Shown: positions 9,151 to 18,460, counted from the stretch's first letter. The stretch: 37,117 nucleotides of DNA from a virus (IMGVR_UViG_3300006016_000021:1-37117), one strand, 5' to 3'. The notes: generated from the sequence alone by a model not told the origin. Numbers and translations: made by a program.

Positions 9151-9509
9151 GGGAGGCCGGGCTTTCCGCCATGCTGCTTGATCTGCTCGGGCCAGCCGAC
9201 CTGGTGCGCCTGGCCGAAAAGAAGGGCGGAACCCGGCTCTATGTGCCTGCGAACGGTTGGGGCAATCTTGCCAAGTCCATTGGCGAAGACGCTGCCCGCA
9301 AACTTGCCGCGCGCTGGGGAGGCGATTACCTCAGGGTGCCGCTTGCGCGCGAACTACGCGCAAGGCATTATCGCGAGCGTGGATCCTCCAATGCGGAGAT
9401 CGCCTTAAAGCTCGGCATGAGCGAGACCGGAGTGAACCGGCTCTTCAAGGCCATGCCCGACAAGCCCGTCAAGGGCTGCCGCGATCCGCGCCAGGGCAGC
9501 CTCTTCTAG
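9147..9509 (+). CDS. Mor/C-family late transcription activator
   Basis: GGTRLYVP...GGDYLRVP plus C-terminal HTH SNAEIALKLGMSETGVNRL; last gene before lysis cassette. Confidence 0.82.
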   Translation: MREAGLSAMLLDLLGPADLVRLAEKKGGTRLYVPANGWGNLAKSIGEDAARKLAARWGGDYLRVPLARELRARHYRERGSSNAEIALKLGMSETGVNRLFKAMPDKPVKGCRDPRQGSLF

Positions 9510-9525
9510 ATCCCCTGACTTCCAC

Positions 9526-9576
9526 TTGATGGCCGCATGCGCGGCCATGGTCCCGGCCGGCCGCGACCCGCATTCT
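9526..9576 (+). promoter_or_regulatory. Putative activator-dependent late promoter (lysis/head operon)
   Basis: ATGGCCGC-ATGC-GCGGCCAT dyad (9529-9548) and CATTCT -10 (9571-9576); near-identical copy at 18410. Confidence 0.7.
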
Positions 9577-9630
9577 GCGCGTGCCTGCCGGAGCCTCGTC
9601 TCTGGCCAATTCCGCAGCCGGAGGCCCCGC

Positions 9631-10587
9631 ATGACCAGCTCCTACGATCCGCGCCTGATCCCCTTTACCGGCCAGCACGAAGGCAAGGTGCTCCGGGCCT
9701 ATCGCTGCCCTGCCGGCGTCATTACCATCGGGTTTGGGTTTACCTGGGGATCGCGGATCTTCAGGGAATGGTGGCTCGCCAACAAGGGCTCGAAACTCAA
9801 GCTCGGCGACACGATCGCGGAGGCCGATGCCTTCTTACTTCTCAAAACGCTGATCGACGCCGAATACGCCAAACCGGTTTTGAAGCAGGCTCCGAACGCC
9901 TCGCCCCACGCCAAGGCAGCAGCCAGCGACATGCTTTTCAATTGCGGTCTGGGCGCTACCAAATGGACATGGTTCAAGGCGCTCGTTCGCGGTGACATCA
10001 AGGACGCTGCGCGCCGGCTGAAGGTGACGGCGACGACAGCCAACGGGCGACGGCTGCCCGGCCTTGTGCGCCGGCGCGCCGAGGCATCGGTGATCATGGA
10101 GTTCAATCGCTGGCCGGCCTGGGTGAAGGCGCCGCGGACCTCCTCGCCGAAGGAGATCAAGGCGGTGATGCCGTCATGGCGGCTTGGCCAGGACGATTTC
10201 AACCAGGGCGTCGCATGGCTGATCCAGCTTGGCTACCTGCCGGAGGCGGCGAAAGGCGACGCGGATCTTGTCGAGGCGGCGGTGCGGCGTTTTCAGGAAG
10301 CGCATCCGCAACTCGACAATGACGGCGTGCTCGGCACCGCCACGCTCGACCAGCTGCAGCGGGTGATCGACCTCGAGGCCAAATCGGCCAAGGGCGCTGC
10401 CGGAACCGGCGCGGGTGCGGCCACGGGCGCAGCCGACCAGGTTGCCGGCGCAAGCGGCTATGGCGATCTCATCCTGTACGGCAGCCTTGCCGTGCTCGTC
10501 ATCGGCGGGATCTGGCTTGCCTGGCGCTACCGGGACGAAATCAGGATTGCTGTGAAGGGCGCCAGGAAGTCCGGAGCCGCGACATGA
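9631..10587 (+). CDS. Endolysin: GH24 lysozyme + peptidoglycan-binding domain + C-terminal TM
   Basis: GGAGG RBS; HEGKVLRAYRCPAGVITIGFG (E-x8-C-x5-T), GLVRRRAE; VRRFQEAHPQLDNDGVLG; hydrophobic LILYGSLAVLVIGGIWLAW. Confidence 0.9.
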   Translation: MTSSYDPRLIPFTGQHEGKVLRAYRCPAGVITIGFGFTWGSRIFREWWLANKGSKLKLGDTIAEADAFLLLKTLIDAEYAKPVLKQAPNASPHAKAAASDMLFNCGLGATKWTWFKALVRGDIKDAARRLKVTATTANGRRLPGLVRRRAEASVIMEFNRWPAWVKAPRTSSPKEIKAVMPSWRLGQDDFNQGVAWLIQLGYLPEAAKGDADLVEAAVRRFQEAHPQLDNDGVLGTATLDQLQRVIDLEAKSAKGAAGTGAGAATGAADQVAGASGYGDLILYGSLAVLVIGGIWLAWRYRDEIRIAVKGARKSGAAT

Positions 10588-10766
10588 TTGCCATCCTGAG
10601 CGCTTCATTCGTCATCGTGGTCCTGGTCGCGGCTCTGGTCATCTGCGCGATCTTCTCGCTCCTGTATCTCCTGTCCGGAGAAGGAAAGTGGGCCGCGATC
10701 TGGTTCTCCGGCGCGGCAGTCTCTGCCGTGCTGGTGTTTTTCACTTTCGGGGAGATTTTCACATGA
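10584..10766 (+). CDS. Small two-TM membrane protein (possible holin/lysis accessory)
   Basis: 60 aa, almost entirely hydrophobic; ATGA overlaps at both ends. Confidence 0.6.
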   Translation: MIAILSASFVIVVLVAALVICAIFSLLYLLSGEGKWAAIWFSGAAVSAVLVFFTFGEIFT

Positions 10767-11296
10767 GCGCGATCGCGGGAATTCTGGTTGGCGTTGCGGC
10801 TGACGTGGGTGCGCCGATCATCAAGCGCATCCTGGGAAACAGGTTCGGCCGGGCGTCGGGCGAACTGGCCGAAACCGTGATCAGGACAGTGGCGGAAAAG
10901 GCCGGCGCGGAGCCGATCGACCTTGAAAAGCTAAAGCCAGCCGAGCTTGAAAAGGCGGTGCTCGCCACTGAAGCCGAGATGCCGGAGCTGATCGCGCTCT
11001 ATGCGTCCGGGCTCGAAGGCCAGTTCGCGCTATTGCAGGCTGAGATGAAGGAGGGCTTCTGGCAATCGGCCTGGCGCTGGGGCTGGATGTATCTGCTTGC
11101 CGTCTTCTGGACGTTCTACCTGCTGATCTTCCCGATCGTCGAGGCGGCGACTGGCGCGCCGATCCAACGTGTCGATATCGCCATCCTCATGACGCTGACC
11201 ACCTGGTTCATCTCGCTCTACATGGGCGGGCACACCATCAAGTCGCTCGGCCAGAGCGCGATCGACGCGGTCAAGACCTGGCGAGGCAAGCCGTGA
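10763..11296 (+). CDS. Holin-like membrane protein (resembles 3TM GTA-type holin)
   Basis: N-terminal amphipathic segment; WQSAWRWGWMY TM and LTTWFISLYMGGHTIK TM; in lysis cassette. Confidence 0.65.
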   Translation: MSAIAGILVGVAADVGAPIIKRILGNRFGRASGELAETVIRTVAEKAGAEPIDLEKLKPAELEKAVLATEAEMPELIALYASGLEGQFALLQAEMKEGFWQSAWRWGWMYLLAVFWTFYLLIFPIVEAATGAPIQRVDIAILMTLTTWFISLYMGGHTIKSLGQSAIDAVKTWRGKP

Positions 11297-11508
11297 GCGC
11301 CACCGACTTCATGATCGAGCAGGCCGAGGAACGGGTGGCGCGGGAGCGCGACCTGAAGCTTGGCGCGGTGTCGGCGCTGGTCGCCGGTACCGGCTGCGCC
11401 GATTGCACCGATTGCGGTTTCGAGATCCCGCCGCAACGCCGCGCGGCTGCGCCGTGGTCGGAGCGGTGCATCACCTGCCAGGAAATATTCGAACGGGGAC
11501 ATCGCTGA
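11293..11508 (+). CDS. TraR/DksA C4 zinc-finger protein
   Basis: CTDCGFEIPPQRRAAAPWSERCITCQ. Confidence 0.85.
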   Translation: MSATDFMIEQAEERVARERDLKLGAVSALVAGTGCADCTDCGFEIPPQRRAAAPWSERCITCQEIFERGHR

Positions 11509-11509
11509 A

Positions 11510-11857
11510 ATGGCCACTGCCGAAATCATGCAATATTTGGGACTGGCGCTGGCGGTGATCGCACTGCTTGGCCATGCCAAGGGGTATTTCTCGTCGGGCG
11601 AACGACAGCTCAAGACTGAACTGGCCTTGATGAGAACCTATCTGGAAGGCTCCGACAAGAAGCTGATCGAGCATGACCGGCGTATCCAGGCGGTTGAAAC
11701 CGAACTCAAGCATCTGCCCGACAAGGACACAGTCAACGAGCTCAAGCTTTCTCTCGTTGAGCTTAAGGGCACGGTGTCGACACTGAGCGAGAGTATGGGC
11801 AGCGTATCGAGAACCGTGCACCGGATCGATGACTGGCTGAGGGAGAAAAACGCATGA
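11510..11857 (+). CDS. DUF2730 / Mu gp25-like membrane protein
   Basis: N-terminal TM, coiled coil, VETELKHLPDKD motif; synteny. Confidence 0.75.
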   Translation: MATAEIMQYLGLALAVIALLGHAKGYFSSGERQLKTELALMRTYLEGSDKKLIEHDRRIQAVETELKHLPDKDTVNELKLSLVELKGTVSTLSESMGSVSRTVHRIDDWLREKNA

Positions 11858-12153
11858 CCGATTACGACTCCTTCATGGCAGAGGATGCACGGCTGGTGAT
11901 CCTGAAGGAACTGGCCAGGCAGACCAGCGGCAGCCTGAATGAAACCATCCTGCAAAAGGTGCTGGAGACCTTCGGTCACACCCGCTCGCGCGAATGGGTG
12001 CGAACCCAGCTGCGCAAGCTGGAAGAACTCGGCGCCATCGCCCTCGTGCCAGCCGGAACCGTCATGATTGCCTCGCTCAGGCAGGCCGGCCTCGATCACG
12101 TCGAGCGGCGCAGCCTGATCGACGGGGTCGCCCGCCCTTCGCTGGAGGTGTGA
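11854..12153 (+). CDS. Mu gp26-like winged-helix protein
   Basis: EDARLVILKEL...GLDHVER...GVARPS; synteny before small terminase. Confidence 0.75.
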   Translation: MTDYDSFMAEDARLVILKELARQTSGSLNETILQKVLETFGHTRSREWVRTQLRKLEELGAIALVPAGTVMIASLRQAGLDHVERRSLIDGVARPSLEV

Positions 12154-12155
12154 CG

Positions 12156-12749
12156 ATGGCGAGAAAGGGCCGCGGCCGGCTGTCCGGGATCGAGCTGCTG
12201 CCGGCCGAGGCCTCGCCGGTCATCGCCTGGGCTGCGGACGAGCTGCGCGGGCGCGACAGGACCCAGACGGAGATCTACGAGGAATTTGTCCAGAAGCTCG
12301 AAGCCCTCCACCGCGAGCACCGCGGTGAGCTCGAATTCACCGTTCCGTCTTTCTCGGCCTTCAATCGGCATGCGATCAAGCTCGCAACCTTGTCGCGCCG
12401 GCTCGACGAGACGCGCGAGATCACCGGCGTGCTCGCCGAGAAGTTCGACGCGAAGGCATCCGACGATCTGACCATCATTGCCGCCGAAGCGATCAAGACG
12501 CTGGTGTTCGAAGTGCTGACAGCGGCAGGCGAAAGCGGCGTCGACCCGAAGGGAGCGATGAACCTCGCCAACGCGCTGCGCGCCGCAACCCAGGCGCAAG
12601 GGGTTTCGACCACGCGCCGTGAAAAGGTCGAGAAGAAATTCGCTGCCGATGTCGGCAAGGCGGTCGAGACCGTCGCGCGCGCCAAGGGTCTGACCGCTGA
12701 AACCGTCGAGGCGATCAAGGCGCAGGTTCTCGGGGTGCGAACCGCATGA
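12156..12749 (+). CDS. DUF3486 / Mu gp27 (putative small terminase subunit)
   Basis: GGAGG RBS; GRGRLSGIELLP...SFSAFNRH...GLTAETVEAIKAQVLG. Confidence 0.8.
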   Translation: MARKGRGRLSGIELLPAEASPVIAWAADELRGRDRTQTEIYEEFVQKLEALHREHRGELEFTVPSFSAFNRHAIKLATLSRRLDETREITGVLAEKFDAKASDDLTIIAAEAIKTLVFEVLTAAGESGVDPKGAMNLANALRAATQAQGVSTTRREKVEKKFAADVGKAVETVARAKGLTAETVEAIKAQVLGVRTA

Positions 12750-14425
12750 GCGCGCCGATCACAAAGGCCGAATGGGAAAGGCTCCGGCGCGAGAGCACCG
12801 ATGCGCTACCGGCAATCGTCGCCGAACTCGGCCTGCCCAAGGTGCTGCTCGACTACCAGGGCGATACGGTCGCCAAGCTCGAAAGCGGCACGGCGCTGCT
12901 CGTCATCGAGAAATCGCGCCGCATCGGGCTCACCTGGGGGTTGGCCTCCTATGCGGTGCTGCGTGCGGCGCGGGCCAAGTCTGCCGGTGGCATGGACGCG
13001 ATGTACATTTCCTATTCCCAGGAGATGACCCGCGAATTCGTCGACGCCTGCGGCATGTGGGCGCGCGCCTTCAACATGGCGGCGCTCGATGCCGAGGAAT
13101 TCCTGTTCGCCGACAAGGACGAGAGCGGCGACCGCTCGATCCAGGCCTTCCGCATCCGCTTCGATTCCGGCTTCGAGATCGTGGCGCTGTCGTCGGCGCC
13201 CAGAACGCTGCGCGGCAAGCAGGGTCTGGTCATCATCGACGAGGCGGCGTTCGTCGACAGCCTCAAGGAACTGCTGAAGGCTGCGCTCGCCTTCCTGATG
13301 TGGGGCGGCCAGGTGATCGTGTGCTCGACCCACAACGGTGTCGACAACGAGTTCAACGTTCTTGTCCAGGACATCCTGGGCGGCAGGCGCAAGGGCGCGC
13401 ACACACGGATCGATTTCGACCAGGCCCTGCACCAGGGCCTTTATCAGCGGATCTGCCTGGTGACCGGCAAGGAATGGTCGCCGGAATCGGAAGCCGCCTG
13501 GCGCCAGGACATCATCGACTTCTACGGCGACGGTGCCGACGAGGAGCTGTTCTGCATCCCCGCTCTGGGCTCCGGCTCGTGGCTGACTGCGCCGCTGATC
13601 GAAGCGCGGATGACGCTGTCGGCCGAGGAAGCGCCGATCATCCGGATCGACCTGCCGATCGACTACCTGCACCGGCCGGAACTGGAGCGCCGACATCTGC
13701 TGGCGCCGCATGTCGAAGCGATAGCCAGCGCGCTTGGCGGCCTGGACGAACGGCTGATGCATGCATTCGGCTATGACGTGGCGCGCAAGGGCGACCCGGC
13801 CATTGCGCACCTGCTGGCGATCGATCCGCTGTTGATCCGCCGATCGGCCTTGACCGTCGAGATGCGCAACGTGCCCTTTGCCGAACAGAAGGCCATCTGC
13901 ACGGACATCCTGAAGGCCGCGCCGCACCTCGTGGGAGCCGCGATCGACGCGACTGGCCTGGGCATGAACCTTGCCGAGGATCTCGGCCGGGAGTTCGGAT
14001 TGCGCGAGAGCGATGACGGTGCGGGCCTGGTCTGGATGATCAATTTTTCCCAGGGCTGGTACAACGAGAACATGCCGCCCTTGAAGGTGGCGTTCGAAGA
14101 CGGCACGCTCGCGCTCGCCAAGGATCCCGAGCACGTGAGCGACCTTCGCCTGGTCAAGGTGATCCGGGGCATTCCGTCGATCCCGCCCGAGCGTGAAGGC
14201 GAGAAGGGCAAGAAGCGGCACGGCGACTTCGCGGTGGCGCTGGCGCTGGCGCATTTTGCATCGCGCATGCAGTGGCGGGAGTATGCCTATGAGCCGGTCC
14301 CGACAGGGATGGAGCAATCCGGCGATGCCGGCCGCGATTTCTGGACCGCAGACGACCGTGACGAATTCAATCCGCGCGATCTCTATCGCCAGCCGCTCGG
14401 CGCGCGCATCAGGGGAGGTTTCTAG
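12746..14425 (+). CDS. Terminase large subunit (Mu gp28-like)
   Basis: EKSRRIGLTW Walker A, VIIDEAAF Walker B, STHNG, DATGLG, RHGDFAVA. Confidence 0.93.
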   Translation: MSAPITKAEWERLRRESTDALPAIVAELGLPKVLLDYQGDTVAKLESGTALLVIEKSRRIGLTWGLASYAVLRAARAKSAGGMDAMYISYSQEMTREFVDACGMWARAFNMAALDAEEFLFADKDESGDRSIQAFRIRFDSGFEIVALSSAPRTLRGKQGLVIIDEAAFVDSLKELLKAALAFLMWGGQVIVCSTHNGVDNEFNVLVQDILGGRRKGAHTRIDFDQALHQGLYQRICLVTGKEWSPESEAAWRQDIIDFYGDGADEELFCIPALGSGSWLTAPLIEARMTLSAEEAPIIRIDLPIDYLHRPELERRHLLAPHVEAIASALGGLDERLMHAFGYDVARKGDPAIAHLLAIDPLLIRRSALTVEMRNVPFAEQKAICTDILKAAPHLVGAAIDATGLGMNLAEDLGREFGLRESDDGAGLVWMINFSQGWYNENMPPLKVAFEDGTLALAKDPEHVSDLRLVKVIRGIPSIPPEREGEKGKKRHGDFAVALALAHFASRMQWREYAYEPVPTGMEQSGDAGRDFWTADDRDEFNPRDLYRQPLGARIRGGF

Positions 14426-16039
14426 ATGGCCGATTTCTTCAAGGGTCTGACGGACCAGTATGGCAGGGGGATCGAGAAGAAGCAGCTTACCGAGGAGATC
14501 GCCGGACCGTCGATCACCGGCGTGAGATCCCCCATCGCCGGATATCCGGCGGACGGGCTCAATCCGCAGAGGCTCGCCTCGATCCTGCGCGAGGCCGACC
14601 AGGGCGACCCGCTGCGCTATCTGGAGCTGGCCGAGACGATCGAGGAGCGCGACCTGCACTATCTCGGCGTTCTGGGCACCCGGCGCCGCTCGGTCGCCCA
14701 ACTCGACATTTCGGTGGATGCCGCCTCGGACGCGCCGCTCGACGTGAAGATCGCGGACATGGTCCGCGACTGGCTGCTGAGAGACGAGCTGCAGGACGAG
14801 CTGTTTCATATTCTTGACGCGATCGGCAAGGGCTACTCCTTTACCGAGATCATCTGGGACACATCCGAGGGCCAGTGGCAGCCGGAGCGGCTCGAATGGC
14901 GAGACCCGCGCTGGTTCCGGCCGGCACGCCGCGATCTTTCGACGCCGACCATGATCGGAGACAATGGCCAAGAGGTCGAGTTGCCGGCCTTCAAGTTCAT
15001 CCGCGCCGAGATCAAGGCCAAATCGGGCCTTGCGGTTCGCTCCGGACTGGCGCGCGTCGCATCCTGGGCATGGATGTTCAAGGCCTTCACCCAGCGCGAC
15101 TGGGCCATCTTCACCCAGACCTACGGCCAGCCGATCCGGATCGGCAAATATGGCGCGGGCGCCACCAGGGACGATCGGGATGCGCTCTACCGGGCGGTGG
15201 CCAACATCGCCGCCGACTGCGCGGCGATCATGCCCGACAGCATGCATCTCGAATTCGCGGAGGCCAAGAACCTCGGAACCGGACATTCCAACTACAAGGA
15301 GCGCGCCGACTGGCTCGACCAGCAAGTATCGAAGGGCGTGCTTGGACAGACCGCGACGACCGATTCGCTGACCGGCGGACTGGGTTCGGGCAAGGAGCAC
15401 CGGCAGGTCCAGGAGGATATCGAAACCTCGGACGCTAAATCGCTGTCGGCCATCGTCAACCGGGATTTGGTCCGGCCGTGGGTGATGCTCGAATACGGTC
15501 CGCAGAAGCACTATCCGCGAGTGAGAATTGCCCGGCCCGAAGCCGAGGACCTGATGAGCTTCACCTCCGCGCTTACGCCCTTCATCGACAGGGGCATGCG
15601 CGTGCAGACCTCCGAGGTGCGCGACAAGTTCGGTCTCAGCGATCCCCCGCCGGGCGCCGAAGTGCTGGGGGCTCCCAGGCTGGCGCCGGTGCCCGATGCC
15701 GGCCTGCAGCCAAATCAGCTAGCCCCGGAGACGGGTCCGGAGTTTGCCGCGCCGGCGCTGCAGCAACAGCAGGCCGCGCAAAGACTGCCCGAGGAGATCA
15801 TCGCGGATGCGGGCCGGCGCGCGGCCGGACCGGCGATCGGCGGCATGATTGAGCGGGTGCGCGGCCTGGTCGCCGATGCAGGCAGCCTGGAAGAGGCCGT
15901 CGCCGCCCTGGAGGGCAAGATCCCGGCCGACGAGGATCTGACGGCCGCGATGCGACAGGCCATGCTTCTGGCCTGGCTGTCAGGCGAAGCGACCGAGCTG
16001 GACAAGGGCGATATCGGGAGCGGTACCGCCGATGGCTGA
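14426..16039 (+). CDS. Portal protein (Mu gp29 / DUF935)
   Basis: EERDLHYLGVLGTRR, DAIGKGYS, YGQPIRIGKY, SKGVLGQTATT. Confidence 0.93.
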   Translation: MADFFKGLTDQYGRGIEKKQLTEEIAGPSITGVRSPIAGYPADGLNPQRLASILREADQGDPLRYLELAETIEERDLHYLGVLGTRRRSVAQLDISVDAASDAPLDVKIADMVRDWLLRDELQDELFHILDAIGKGYSFTEIIWDTSEGQWQPERLEWRDPRWFRPARRDLSTPTMIGDNGQEVELPAFKFIRAEIKAKSGLAVRSGLARVASWAWMFKAFTQRDWAIFTQTYGQPIRIGKYGAGATRDDRDALYRAVANIAADCAAIMPDSMHLEFAEAKNLGTGHSNYKERADWLDQQVSKGVLGQTATTDSLTGGLGSGKEHRQVQEDIETSDAKSLSAIVNRDLVRPWVMLEYGPQKHYPRVRIARPEAEDLMSFTSALTPFIDRGMRVQTSEVRDKFGLSDPPPGAEVLGAPRLAPVPDAGLQPNQLAPETGPEFAAPALQQQQAAQRLPEEIIADAGRRAAGPAIGGMIERVRGLVADAGSLEEAVAALEGKIPADEDLTAAMRQAMLLAWLSGEATELDKGDIGSGTADG

Positions 16040-16739
16040 TCCGGCGCGCTCCGAGATCGGCGTCCGCTTCGAGGAAGCCATCGACTTCTTGCGCCGCCGC
16101 CTTGCGCTTCCCGAGGGCGTCTGGCTGGAAATGGTCCGGGAGATCGATGTGGCGGCGCGGGACCGCTCGGCCGGCATGTCGGACGCGCTGGCGCGCGACG
16201 TGCTCGCGGCCGCGCTCGAGGCCGTCGAGACCGGAGCTACGTCGAGCGATTTCCTGGCCGGCTTTTCCGACGCGATCGGGCGGCATGGCTGGACATCCGG
16301 CGACGCCTTCGAGGACAGCCGCCGCGCCGAGCTCACCTTCCGGCTGATGACGTCGCAGGCCTATGCCGCGGGTCGCTGGAAACAGATCCAGCGATTGAAG
16401 GCTGTGCGGCCCTATCTCCGCTACGTCCACGTTGATCCGCTGCTTACGCAGAAGGGAAGCCGCGACGAGCACGCCGCCTGGCACAATGTCATCCTGCCGG
16501 TCGACCACGCTTGGTGGCTCACCCACTATCCGCCGAACGGGTTCAATTGCCGCTGCTACGTCCAGTCGCTGTCAGAGCGGGATCTCGTCCGCTACGGCTG
16601 GAGCGTGTCGACCGAAGCGCCGCCCTCCCGCACGGACATCAGGTTCGTCGGCGGCAGGCCAGTGGAGACGCCGGCTGGCATCGATCCGGGCTTCGCCTTC
16701 AACGCCGGGATCGTCGGCCTCAGGCTCGAAGCGGCCTGA
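16032..16739 (+). CDS. Head morphogenesis protein (Mu gpF/gp30, SPP1 gp7-like)
   Basis: AYAAGRW, RPYLRY, HAAWHNVILPVDHAWW..HYPPNGFNCRC, IDPGFAFNAG. Confidence 0.9.
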   Translation: MADPARSEIGVRFEEAIDFLRRRLALPEGVWLEMVREIDVAARDRSAGMSDALARDVLAAALEAVETGATSSDFLAGFSDAIGRHGWTSGDAFEDSRRAELTFRLMTSQAYAAGRWKQIQRLKAVRPYLRYVHVDPLLTQKGSRDEHAAWHNVILPVDHAWWLTHYPPNGFNCRCYVQSLSERDLVRYGWSVSTEAPPSRTDIRFVGGRPVETPAGIDPGFAFNAGIVGLRLEAA

Positions 16740-16962
16740 TTGGACAAACGGCAGGCACCACCACCTTCTGAAACGGTTTTTGAAGGGCCTTTGAGGGCCG
16801 TGGGCGCGTTTTGTGCTTAAGGTCGGCCCATTGCGCGGACCGGCTCGCTCGCGCAATCAACGGGCGCGTTAAAGAAACTTGCTCGGACGACCGTTGTCCT
16901 CGTCATTGATTTCAAAGATACACATCATCAGCTCTGCAACTAAGCATCTTCATTCATTGGAT

Positions 16963-18285
16963 TCAGCCTCCCTCGAAAAAACCGGACAGGCAGCGGCGAA
17001 CAATTTCTTTGACAACAGGGTCGTCCCAATCCGTCTTTCGGTGGACGAGCGCAAACGAGACTTCTGCCGTTACCGGATCTGGCAAATTGCTCGCATGAAT
17101 TTTCAGGCCTAGTGACCCATCGGTCACATCCGTTGGAATCATGATGTCGGCCTGGTTCTCCCAGCTTCGGCGCGACCGGAAATCCTCGCATTGCAGGGCG
17201 CCGCTCCGTGTGAGCTCTCCGGGACGATCGAACCAATAGAACGCAATAGGGTCCCGGGGCTCTCGTGAAGGAAGTTCTAATGCAGGATTATAAAGTCTTC
17301 CCAAGCCGAAAACAGGTTGGGGGATGTCTGGGCACGCCGGAAATAAATCGCGAAAAGTCTGATAAAAATCGTCAGTATCGGGCAGCAGATACCCTCCAGT
17401 AACTGCAAAATCGATGCGAAGCCCTTGGGCAGTCTGACTGCTGGAGTTCGTGATCGTAAATGGGATCGAAATCATCCTGCTGGCGGCTGCAACCAGTTCA
17501 TGCAATCTACCGATTTTTTTAGCTAGGCCCTCCTCAAAAGCATCGTATTTGCGATGGTAGCCTTCGATATCACCATGGTCGCCAACCAACGCCTCTATGC
17601 CCATCCTTTGCCGAAACCGCGCTCTTGGATTTGCATCCTTAACGGCCTGAACTCGTAGGCTGATCTCGGTATCCGTCAAAGGAGATACATCGAGACATGC
17701 GAATTCAATACGGTCGGTCTCCCTATCGCTTCCAAGTTTGAGCTGAATTGACGGGTAGCGTTCCCGGACCGCGCGCTCGAGCTGCTCGATCTTCCTGTCT
17801 TTGTCAGATTTTTCGACTGGCAACAGCCAGTCATCTTCAGGCTTAAGCGTTTTCACATTAAGCAAACGCGCACTGATACGTGGGCCGCGGTCATGCGAGA
17901 AGATGATCGCCTCTTCGCCATAGGTCGCCGCAAGCGCGACCAATTCATCATCAACTTTATCGCGATCGAGCCGATCGAACATGGTCCAGTCTATCTTCGT
18001 AGGCGGTGGAACGATGAGCCAGACCTCTGGTTTTCCCTGACGCAGTTGGACCGCCCCTTCCGCATGCTCCAGCGCATCATCGATGTATTTCAGGGCCGAC
18101 CTCGCACGATTCCGGCGGCGCTCGTTCGGCCCGGTTTTCATGTGTTCGAGTTCCTTTATCACGGGCGTCGTGACGAGGAGCTCAATCTTCTTTGCGGTTG
18201 GAAAGACATCCCGCCACGGGATGTCTTTCAGGTCTCGCATCTGAATGAACGCGTTGCTATCAACGAAAAGTGGAATCATGGTCAT
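16963..18285 (-). CDS. PIN-domain protein with uncharacterised C-terminal domain (accessory moron)
   Basis: LFVDSNAFIQ, VIKELEHMK, DDELVALA, FSHDRGPR acidic PIN residues; antisense to flanks; visibly more AT-rich. Confidence 0.8.
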   Translation of the reverse strand: MTMIPLFVDSNAFIQMRDLKDIPWRDVFPTAKKIELLVTTPVIKELEHMKTGPNERRRNRARSALKYIDDALEHAEGAVQLRQGKPEVWLIVPPPTKIDWTMFDRLDRDKVDDELVALAATYGEEAIIFSHDRGPRISARLLNVKTLKPEDDWLLPVEKSDKDRKIEQLERAVRERYPSIQLKLGSDRETDRIEFACLDVSPLTDTEISLRVQAVKDANPRARFRQRMGIEALVGDHGDIEGYHRKYDAFEEGLAKKIGRLHELVAAASRMISIPFTITNSSSQTAQGLRIDFAVTGGYLLPDTDDFYQTFRDLFPACPDIPQPVFGLGRLYNPALELPSREPRDPIAFYWFDRPGELTRSGALQCEDFRSRRSWENQADIMIPTDVTDGSLGLKIHASNLPDPVTAEVSFALVHRKTDWDDPVVKEIVRRCLSGFFEGG

Positions 18286-18292
18286 GCCAAGG

Positions 18293-18322
18293 ATATAACC
18301 ACTCCACCGGACGGAAATACAA
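18293..18322 (-). promoter_or_regulatory. Putative sigma70 promoter of the PIN gene
   Basis: Minus strand TTGTAT, 18 nt, TTATAT (preceded by TGG); ends 7 nt before ATG 18285. Confidence 0.45.
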
Positions 18323-18409
18323 GGCAGTTGACCGTTTGCAGGCTTCCATGACAGCTTCTAAGTGAAGCGAAGCGTGGCCGCGAATTTCCAAGCTACACTA
18401 TCATTCGCA

Positions 18410-18460
18410 TTGATGGCCGCGCCTGCAGCCATGGTTTGATTGGCCCGGCCCGGCCAATCT
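18410..18460 (+). promoter_or_regulatory. Putative activator-dependent late promoter (protease/capsid/tail operon)
   Basis: TTGATGGCCGC-GCCT-GCAGCCATGGT, with CAATCT at the same +45 offset as in the 9526 copy. Confidence 0.7.

Noticed and set aside
12806-15511. 901-aa antisense ORF over terminase and portal
   Set aside because: No recognisable motifs; mirrors well-conserved sense genes; long antisense frames are expected from high-GC codon bias
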